28,839 nucleotides of DNA from an uncultured virus (IMG/VR IMGVR_UViG_3300002133_000084) (Duplodnaviria > Heunggongvirae > Uroviricota > Caudoviricetes): the IMG/VR virus record IMGVR_UViG_3300002133_000084; one strand, written 5' to 3'. A model generated the notes under the pieces. The model saw nothing but the letters and a program-made list of their open reading frames with translations. It did no database searches and had not been told where the DNA came from. This document shows positions 8,868 through 15,336 of this stretch, piece after piece. Positions within the stretch are counted from its first letter, which is position 1. Every line of letters starts with the position of its first letter. A program made the translations under genes and the position numbers.

Positions 8868-9110
8868 CTGGGACAGGCACAAATATTATATGATAATTCG
8901 ACAGATTTAAACTATTCTGAGCTGGCCGAATCTTCAGAGAGTATTCGAATATGCGGAGATAGGGTATTTGTAGACGGTGGACTTGAGTTGCGGGACATCG
9001 CCTCCGCTTCTATATCTGGATCGTCCGACGCATATCTGGGGATATTAACTTTTAATAATGGCTCCCAGGTTATATGCAATATATCATCTATTGAGATTGA
9101 TATTAAATGA
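8868..9110 (+). CDS. Hypothetical 80-aa protein with CTG start (missing from the ORF track)
   Basis: Open frame 8868-9110; AGGAGG RBS 8 nt before the CTG; in-frame TAG at 8853 excludes an upstream start; stop overlaps the next ATG (ATGA). Confidence 0.55.
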   Translation: MGQAQILYDNSTDLNYSELAESSESIRICGDRVFVDGGLELRDIASASISGSSDAYLGILTFNNGSQVICNISSIEIDIK

Positions 9111-9391
9111 CTGAAAATATTAGCCTTACAGCACTGATGGAGGGGGATGACATTATTCCCTACTACTCTGATTTACTCGGAGAAGAAGTTATGTTAGCTG
9201 GCAATAAAGCTGACATACCCGATGATGGTAAGGTTTATTATCGAGTCTCCGAATTGCAACAATTAAAGGGAATGGATCCAGATCATGTGAAAAAAATACA
9301 CATGGTAAAGAGAGTATTTTCTGGATCCATCGCACTATTTGCATCATGTATTCCCATGTACTATACTGTTGGTGCATGCTTTAATGTTTAA
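9107..9391 (+). CDS. Hypothetical phage protein
   Basis: S.LLGEEV....Y..SEL..L....IH.VKR.F.G pattern resembles small phage proteins; translationally coupled. Confidence 0.65.
   Translation: MTENISLTALMEGDDIIPYYSDLLGEEVMLAGNKADIPDDGKVYYRVSELQQLKGMDPDHVKKIHMVKRVFSGSIALFASCIPMYYTVGACFNV
9339..9367 (+). promoter_or_regulatory. Sigma70-like promoter, ATGTAC-TATA class
   Basis: TTGCAT-17 nt-TATACT with ATGTAC immediately 5' of the -10. Confidence 0.6.
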
Positions 9392-9405
9392 TGTCTCTTT
9401 TGGTT
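9390..9405 (+). promoter_or_regulatory. Operator-like 16-mer AATGTCTCTTTTGGTT (copy 1)
   Basis: Identical copies at 11978-11993 (-) and 27857-27872 (+), each next to a promoter. Confidence 0.65.
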
Positions 9406-10113
9406 CACATGAATATAATTGGTATAGGACATAAGGCGCGGCGCGGTAAAGATGCCGCCGCTATATATCTGAGCAAAAAATATGAACTGGCACATCTATC
9501 GTTTGCTGCTAGCGTATACGATGAGTGCAGATCTGTTTTTGTTCACTATAAAACATATTTGCCGGATATAGAGATGCTGTCCATCTTCTGCCCATCGGTT
9601 GACTTGGCCCCCAATGTATATGTCAGAGGGGGACATACCTCTATTGAGGGTAATATTCACAATCTGTTAGATTTAGTCTTGGCGTGGATAACTGATGTGG
9701 GCGAGTTGACTCATTTTTCTGGCGGCTGCGAGCAGTGGGATTACCGCGGTATGAAGCAGAAGGACAGCAGGCTATTGCAGTGGTATGGCAATGATTACCG
9801 CAGGGAATTGTTTGGGCACGACTACTGGATTAATAAGGTGGACGCCCAGATCAATGAATTGAGTGGGGCTGTAAATGGTGTGGTTCTAGCCGACATGCGC
9901 TACAAGAACGAGGCTCGCTACATCAAATACAAGGGTGGAACGTGCTGGAAGGTGCATAGAGATGAGCCACTGGAGGACACAGGCCGCGATCCCAACCACA
10001 TCTCTGAGATAGATTTGGATAATTGGAACTTTGATTATGTAATACACAATGACAAAGATCTGATCAACCTATATGTGCGAGCAGATGAGTGCTATTTGAA
10101 GGCGACTAAATGA
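9391..10113 (+). CDS. Deoxynucleoside monophosphate kinase (T4 gp1 / T5 dnk-like)
   Basis: IIGIGHKARRGKD P-loop, LSFA, RLLQWYGNDYRR, VLADMRYKNE, HISE..LD; the true start may be ATG 9409. Confidence 0.88.
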   Translation: MSLLVHMNIIGIGHKARRGKDAAAIYLSKKYELAHLSFAASVYDECRSVFVHYKTYLPDIEMLSIFCPSVDLAPNVYVRGGHTSIEGNIHNLLDLVLAWITDVGELTHFSGGCEQWDYRGMKQKDSRLLQWYGNDYRRELFGHDYWINKVDAQINELSGAVNGVVLADMRYKNEARYIKYKGGTCWKVHRDEPLEDTGRDPNHISEIDLDNWNFDYVIHNDKDLINLYVRADECYLKATK

Positions 10114-10667
10114 GTTCCACCTACTCACAGCTCGCCAGTATGATGTCTGGTAAAAAAGTAAAGGCGGCGGCCAAGCCGACAAGGGTTGGAAAGAAGGTGG
10201 ATGTCACAGTGGGAGAGGATGTATTTCCACTCTTTTTAGAGATTCCGTTAGCGCCTATCGTCAAAAAGAATAGTCGCCCAATTTTTATAAATAAAACAAC
10301 GGGCAAGCCATTTATAGGTAAATCTGACGAACTGAGGGATTGGGAGAAGGATGCAGAGGATCACCTTAGATCTCAGTTGGCTAAAAAGGGGCTGGCAGAT
10401 CTAAAGTTAGATATACCACTTCTGTGCACCATGTTCATTTATAGGGCGCAGTCTTCCTCTAGTCCGGGGGATCTATCGAACTACGTTGAAGCCCCTCAGG
10501 ATGCAATGGAAAAGGCTGGGGTAATGGATAACGATCGCCGCATTCGTAGCCTGGATGGTACTCGATTATTGCAGGACAAGCGCCCGCGCATAGAAATACT
10601 ACTATGGCCCCTGGAGAAATGTCCATACGCAATTGACGTGGAGGAGCATTTCGATGGAGCTCGGTGA
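10110..10667 (+). CDS. rusA: RusA-family Holliday junction resolvase
   Basis: KKNS motif; GDLSNYVEAPQDAMEKAGVMDNDRRI matches the RusA DxDN...D.L...G...DD pattern; PRIEI at the C-terminus. Confidence 0.85.
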   Translation: MSSTYSQLASMMSGKKVKAAAKPTRVGKKVDVTVGEDVFPLFLEIPLAPIVKKNSRPIFINKTTGKPFIGKSDELRDWEKDAEDHLRSQLAKKGLADLKLDIPLLCTMFIYRAQSSSSPGDLSNYVEAPQDAMEKAGVMDNDRRIRSLDGTRLLQDKRPRIEILLWPLEKCPYAIDVEEHFDGAR

Positions 10668-10854
10668 TCATCACGATTTGGCAAATCGATTATTAGAGAG
10701 AAGATTGCGATTATTAGAGAGAAGATTGAGGAAAAAGGCCGCCAGTAATTCAGTTCCTGAGTGTAATAAAGTTGAGCTACCCATATCGGCAGAATTTACC
10801 GTCGACGGAGGAGAACCACAAACAGCTCCCATTATAAGGGCAGAAGCAAAGTGA
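10654..10854 (+). CDS. Small hypothetical protein
   Basis: ATG 10654 after GGAGGAG; contains a duplicated RLLERRL; stop overlaps the next GTG. Confidence 0.5.
   Translation: MELGDHHDLANRLLERRLRLLERRLRKKAASNSVPECNKVELPISAEFTVDGGEPQTAPIIRAEAK
10687..10728 (+). repeat. Exact 21-bp tandem duplication
   Basis: CGATTATTAGAGAGAAGATTG x2. Confidence 0.9.
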
Positions 10855-11402
10855 ACGATATGTTCGACGAATCATTTGAATATCAATTGAAAATTGCAGC
10901 CTCTTTTGGCAAGGGAATATTAGCCGGGGCCGATATTACCGGCGAGATGCCGCTAGAAATGGGCGTTGATGCGCGCCGCTCAGATAATGGCGATATGAAG
11001 AATATTGCAATTGGCGGTGGAATACTGGGAGGGCTTGTAACTGGGCCAGCTACCCCCGCCTTGGTTCATGGAACCAATAAAATGAATAGGGCGGCCAATA
11101 GTCTTCCAAAAGGTACCAGCATGTCAAAAAGGCTTAGTGTTCGTGCGAAGGCCTTTGCCAATGGAACCGTGGATGGATTTAAGGATGCATACAAGGCTCC
11201 ATTTAAAAAGGGCATTGGCAAGGGTGGCAGAATAGAAGCCCTGGTTCCATTTATACTTGGCGCGGCAAGTCAGGCTGCCATGTCTGCCAATCAATATCGC
11301 CTAGGGAGAAAGATGCGCAATAAAGTAGAGTCTGATGTTGCAGCTAAGGGGTTTTCTGGGTGGTGGAGACGACAGATGGAAGCTGTTCCAAAAATAGATT
11401 AG
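10851..11402 (+). CDS. Gly/Ala-rich basic protein with glycine-zipper-like segment, candidate ejected virion protein
   Basis: SFEYQLKIAA N-terminal motif; IAIGGGILGGLVTG; no Cys. Confidence 0.7.
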   Translation: MNDMFDESFEYQLKIAASFGKGILAGADITGEMPLEMGVDARRSDNGDMKNIAIGGGILGGLVTGPATPALVHGTNKMNRAANSLPKGTSMSKRLSVRAKAFANGTVDGFKDAYKAPFKKGIGKGGRIEALVPFILGAASQAAMSANQYRLGRKMRNKVESDVAAKGFSGWWRRQMEAVPKID

Positions 11403-11411
11403 GGGGGCACA

Positions 11412-11897
11412 ATGATTCCTTGGCGGTATTCGATTTCTAGGGGTGAAGGGCATTGCGATCCTATTTCCCTGGAGAAAACAGACGACTATTTCCCCAGATT
11501 TTATGAGTGGATGACATTCTTCTCATCGTGTGAGTTTGTGAAAATGATACCCGGCATGTATGCCAGATGTATGGTTGTGTCGGATGATATGTGTGTGAAA
11601 TTTGATCCATCTGGAGAGATAACACGTCCAGAAATAAAATTTGGCGAATATTTTGTATATCAGGCCGTGGTTGCCCTGTCTTCTCCTGATGACGATTGGC
11701 AGAAGAGGATGCATAGCATGGGATACCATTATATGATGGACGGGGGCGATGTAAATAAGACGGCTGCCATAGTTATGCTGGAGGGCGATCTAAACTGCGA
11801 GGTTCTGGGAGACACGGTAGTGGTGTGTGGCCCGCGCGCGGAGCAGGATAGAAGTAAATACGATAAGATATCTAAGAAAAGTATCGCCCCAGAGTAA
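11412..11897 (+). CDS. Hypothetical protein
   Basis: 161-aa ORF with G-rich RBS. Confidence 0.65.
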   Translation: MIPWRYSISRGEGHCDPISLEKTDDYFPRFYEWMTFFSSCEFVKMIPGMYARCMVVSDDMCVKFDPSGEITRPEIKFGEYFVYQAVVALSSPDDDWQKRMHSMGYHYMMDGGDVNKTAAIVMLEGDLNCEVLGDTVVVCGPRAEQDRSKYDKISKKSIAPE

Positions 11898-11914
11898 AAA
11901 AGTGCTCAATCATG

Positions 11915-11943
11915 TTGCAATCAGTTCACATATGTACTATATA
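11915..11943 (+). promoter_or_regulatory. Sigma70-like promoter, ATGTAC-TATA class
   Basis: TTGCAA-17 nt-TATATA with ATGTAC directly upstream of the -10. Confidence 0.6.
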
Positions 11944-11972
11944 TGTAGGTACTGGTTTGCTTTTACCTTTTA

Positions 11973-12629
11973 ATGTTAACCAAAAGAGACATTATGAAGC
12001 CAGGTGCTCGTAGAACATACAATGATGACGATTTTACTAAGGGTGGATTCGGCGAGCGGCTTTTTGAGCTCGATCTCGAGCGACAAAACGCCAACTACCT
12101 CCCTTTCCATATGTACACACAAGACGGTGCTCCTTTAGCCATTATAAATGGAAAAAAATACATAGCACCCGACTTCTTTCTATTTCGATCGGATAAGAAA
12201 GAGATTGCGCGCTGGGTTGAAGTAAAAACCAAGATGTCTGCAGACTACACGCGCAAAGAAAAGAGATACGATCATGGTGTGGACGCATACAACGTAGAGC
12301 AGTACATGCAGGTGGCGCGCGCATCGGGCAAAGAGGTGTACTTAGCCGTATTCGAACTTAAGCCCACCCTAACCCTCCTTATTCGCAAGCTGTCTACCCT
12401 GATGAATCTAGAGGGGACATTGGCGCCGCGCCGCGGATACACGATTAGGCGGGATGACGAGGATCAAATCAAGACTCCTATGATCTACTTCCCAAGGGAT
12501 GGCTTTAAGGAAGTAGATCCACCTAATCCAGGGGTATTAAATGAGAATGACTACGACAACAAAGAAGTAAAGCGGATTATCATAGAAGGCCGCAGCACAC
12601 TAAAACAGGGAGAGTTGTTTAATGCCTAA
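11973..12629 (+). CDS. PD-(D/E)XK superfamily nuclease
   Basis: G..GE helix, IAPDFFLF, WVEVKTK; the start may be ATG 11994. Confidence 0.75.
   Translation: MLTKRDIMKPGARRTYNDDDFTKGGFGERLFELDLERQNANYLPFHMYTQDGAPLAIINGKKYIAPDFFLFRSDKKEIARWVEVKTKMSADYTRKEKRYDHGVDAYNVEQYMQVARASGKEVYLAVFELKPTLTLLIRKLSTLMNLEGTLAPRRGYTIRRDDEDQIKTPMIYFPRDGFKEVDPPNPGVLNENDYDNKEVKRIIIEGRSTLKQGELFNA
11978..11993 (-). promoter_or_regulatory. Operator-like 16-mer (copy 2, inverted)
   Basis: AACCAAAAGAGACATT is the reverse complement of AATGTCTCTTTTGGTT. Confidence 0.65.
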
Positions 12630-13107
12630 AATTGGAAGCGCCGTAAAGTGGGGCGGAATAGATGCCCTTGTCATTGGTGAAAATGACGACGGCACCGTAG
12701 ATGTATCAGCAGTAGCAAAAGTCCTAAACGATAGTTGCGAAACGCACATTACGATCGTGGGGCGCACCCAGGACTTGAAGGACGGCCCGAAGGAGATGCA
12801 GGTAATCGATCAGAGAAAGGGTGCTCCGATTGAAAAAACGGAAGAAGAGCCCGCGGCCGAAGAGGCTAAATTGGATACAGAGGTGGAAGAAGCAGGGGAG
12901 CCTGAGGGCGATAGTACATCTTCCGAGTCAGACGGAGCGCAAGTTGTCGTCGGGGGAGAAGATGACGAAGCTGGAGCGGACACACCTGAAGAGGGTGAAA
13001 CTGCGAGCGAGGTTGGCTCCGCTAAGCCATTGGAGCCCATGGAAGACACGCTCAACGACAATGTCGAACCGGTAAGTAAGAGCGGACGCCGGAAGAAGAA
13101 TAAGTAA
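12622..13107 (+). CDS. Hypothetical protein, small beta domain plus acidic disordered tail
   Basis: E/D-rich low-complexity C-terminal half ending in a basic tip; GGGGAG RBS. Confidence 0.7.
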   Translation: MPKIGSAVKWGGIDALVIGENDDGTVDVSAVAKVLNDSCETHITIVGRTQDLKDGPKEMQVIDQRKGAPIEKTEEEPAAEEAKLDTEVEEAGEPEGDSTSSESDGAQVVVGGEDDEAGADTPEEGETASEVGSAKPLEPMEDTLNDNVEPVSKSGRRKKNK

Positions 13108-13535
13108 TGATTCCCGAAGAATACCCCCTCTTATCGGTGGGGAGTAAAAATGACATCGACACCATTCTGGGTGAGCGCAAAAAAGTTATTGCGCGCCAGA
13201 TGGATCACCTAATTGTCATGTGGGACAAGGTGAAGATTCATATGCTGGCAAATGAGCAGTCTGGACAACTAGTTTACAGCTCAGTCGATAGTGTGGGATT
13301 TATTGCACTCCTTGAGGTTGACTTAACATTCAAGGTTGGCAAGCTACTTTGGAAGACTGATAAGGATGGCTTCATTGAGCCCGGAGAGCACATTAACATA
13401 TTCTTCAAATTGATACGGAATCAGCAAGACGAGCATTTCTTGGGATGGCTGGCCGATCTTTACTCCCAGATAGCGATAAACGCCCTGATGGGGAATAATC
13501 AGGTAAACGCTCGATTTGTATTCGAGGATAGATAA
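13107..13535 (+). CDS. Hypothetical protein
   Basis: 142-aa ORF coupled by a TAATG overlap. Confidence 0.7.
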   Translation: MIPEEYPLLSVGSKNDIDTILGERKKVIARQMDHLIVMWDKVKIHMLANEQSGQLVYSSVDSVGFIALLEVDLTFKVGKLLWKTDKDGFIEPGEHINIFFKLIRNQQDEHFLGWLADLYSQIAINALMGNNQVNARFVFEDR

Positions 13536-13910
13536 GGCGGGAACCGAATCTCTCGCCCAACTGAACGCCGTGATTCGGAGTGGGGAATCAGCCAGTATTC
13601 CCCGGGTGGCCAACATAATAGAGAAGCACAATTCTGGCCTAGTTACACAAAGTTGTTGCATCGTCGGATAGCACTGGAAGTGCACCACACACGGGCCGAC
13701 GCTCAAGTATGCGAAGTATCGTTAGCGGTTCTGGGAGACTGATCTAGGAGCTGGGGTTAGAAGGGCATATGAGCCCACCCCTTTGGGATATAAACACTTG
13801 GTAACAGGTGTACCATTGCTGAGCTGGATACCAATCGCGGGGGAACTGAAAGTGTGGATGCGGGTAGCTGGGCCCGGGGAAAGCCCAGACAACTGTGTGT
13901 AACTAGAATA
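13536..13910 (+). ncRNA. Candidate large structured non-coding RNA (unassigned)
   Basis: No credible CDS; 17/18-bp closing helix 13639-13656/13889-13906; internal hairpins incl. ACACTTG-GTAA-CAGGTGT (GNRA loop) and CTGGGC/GCCCAG; directly precedes tRNA-fMet. Confidence 0.55.
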
Positions 13911-13915
13911 ATTTT

Positions 13916-13990
13916 CGCGGGGTGGCGCAAAGGTAGCGCGTCGGGCTCATAACCCGAAGGTTGGCGGTTCAAGTCCGCTCCCCGCTTCCA
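13916..13990 (+). tRNA. tRNA-fMet (initiator, anticodon CAT)
   Basis: CGCGGGG acceptor with unpaired C1, anticodon arm TCGGG-CTCATAA-CCCGA with three G-C pairs, GGTTCAAGTCC T-arm, encoded CCA. Confidence 0.95.
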
Positions 13991-13993
13991 TAT

Positions 13994-14157
13994 GCCAACA
14001 GCTTACGAGCACCGCACAGATAAAGCGGGTTGGCGGAGGGGCACTCTCCTCTCATTAAACAATCGCTCGGGACAGAGAACTCCGATGGCAAGGCCATTGA
14101 AATATGAGGTTAAAATCCTCTCGGCAAGTGGCGGTATGCGAAATCCCGAAGTGCCCT
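13994..14157 (+). ncRNA. Structured inter-tRNA element (unassigned)
   Basis: GCCAAC/GTTGGC; GGGCAC/GTGCCC; TCGGGA/TCCCGA; internal GAGG-TTAAAAT-CCTC T-arm-like hairpin. Confidence 0.4.
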
Positions 14158-14162
14158 TTAAT

Positions 14163-14237
14163 GCCGGTATAGCTGAGTTGATTTAGCACTCCCCTTGTAA
14201 GGGAGATACGGGGGTTTGAATCCCTCTACCGGCTCCA
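14163..14237 (+). tRNA. tRNA-Thr (anticodon TGT)
   Basis: GCCGGTA/TACCGGC acceptor, CTCCC-CTTGTAA-GGGAG anticodon arm, encoded CCA; T-loop is TTTGAAT. Confidence 0.9.
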
Positions 14238-14243
14238 AGATTG

Positions 14244-14545
14244 ATGCGTCCTCTTAGTGGTTCTGCAGTCGGGGTTTCATCGCCTCGTTAGTACTCCTAC
14301 CACGATCAGGTGGCCACTGCAGGCTTCCCGGTTATCAGGGGCACATCATACCGGAAGGCCCTGTGCAACTATGTCGTCGAGGGGTCAACGACTGTGCAAG
14401 GCCTTCCGGACACAAATTGCCGAACAGATATGGCAACCAACCATCGGAAAGAGTCGGCCATAGGCGCAGCGAGTGAAGGGAATAAGCGATTGGGCCGGTA
14501 CCCTGATTGCCCTGCAAACACACATGTAGCTCGCCCGCCTTGATA
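14244..14545 (+). ncRNA. Candidate structured non-coding RNA (unassigned)
   Basis: CTGCAGT/ACTGCAG; perfect CCGGAAGGCC (14351-60)/GGCCTTCCGG (14400-09); long-range ATCAGGG/CCCTGAT; no credible CDS. Confidence 0.5.
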
Positions 14546-14614
14546 ACTAACCCACCCCAAATAGGGTGGAGACAGAAGAACTGATATCACCTACTCTAAA
14601 AGGATATAGCTATC

Positions 14615-15241
14615 ATGGCTTGGGGTGATAAACATATGCGCTATCAGCGCATGGAAGAAGTATTGGGAGTTGACGATCTGGCCAGTGGCTTGATCACTCC
14701 CGCAGTAAACGAAGGTGGCGCTGCCACATTCGCCGCAGGTGCTTTGTTGGTTGATTCGCTCGCCGGCAATGTCATCACCAAAGAGATTGGCACCTTGGGT
14801 ATTCAGGGCCTTTCGTTTGAAGCTGCGGGCGCGCACTTGCGCTTCGCATGGGATGTCCCCAGTTACGTCGACACTCAGAGAAATCTCGGTATCAAAGTAC
14901 GCTGGGCGACGAATTCGGTTACGGATGCCGACGACATTCACTGGGTTGCACTGCATGGCATGATCGCCGACGGCGAAGCATTGGCTGCTCCGGCAACCGT
15001 GCTCGACACGGCTATCGCCGCTGAGACGGTGGGTGCGGGCGCTGCATTGGCTCGCCACACAAGCCCCCGTGGTGTCATTTTAGCTTCGAAGATCAGCGCT
15101 GGCGATACGGCCATCTTTGATCTCGAGCTCGATGTCTGCGATGCAGACGTTGGTGCAACGGAAAGCGTCTGGCTGACAGGCGTAGTCTTGGACTTCGTGC
15201 CCCGTTTTATGAAGGGTGACGCGCGCTCCACGTTAGTGTAA
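14615..15241 (+). CDS. Probable virion structural protein (beta-rich, decoration-like)
   Basis: Ala/Val/Thr-rich with beta-strand pattern (LRFAWDVP, IKVRW, VWLTGVVLDF); AGGA RBS; followed by a strong terminator. Confidence 0.6.
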   Translation: MAWGDKHMRYQRMEEVLGVDDLASGLITPAVNEGGAATFAAGALLVDSLAGNVITKEIGTLGIQGLSFEAAGAHLRFAWDVPSYVDTQRNLGIKVRWATNSVTDADDIHWVALHGMIADGEALAAPATVLDTAIAAETVGAGAALARHTSPRGVILASKISAGDTAIFDLELDVCDADVGATESVWLTGVVLDFVPRFMKGDARSTLV

Positions 15242-15244
15242 AAG

Positions 15245-15287
15245 AATAGCCCGGGCGCTAATGTGGCGTCCGGGCTATTTCCTATTT
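15245..15287 (+). terminator. Rho-independent terminator
   Basis: AATAGCCCGGGCGCTA-ATG-TGGCGTCCGGGCTATT then TCCTATTT. Confidence 0.7.
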
Positions 15288-15336
15288 AAGAAAACAACAA
15301 CGATAGAAGCCGTAACCGGCGGAACGTATACATATA

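Noticed and set aside
11973..12629. Nuclease acting as the mobility enzyme of the 8.3-kb insert
   Set aside because: A PD-(D/E)XK motif alone does not indicate a recombinase. The insert carries core-type phage genes, and no integrase or transposase motif was seen.
13536..14545. RNase P RNA, tmRNA or rRNA
   Set aside because: The canonical P4 strands (GAGGAAAGUCC / ACAGAA.CCGGCUUA) and tmRNA tRNA-like ends were not found. Only loose partial resemblances were seen.
13757..14590. Short ORFs listed across the tRNA/ncRNA region
   Set aside because: They overlap tRNAs and stems, lack an RBS and have no protein-like composition.
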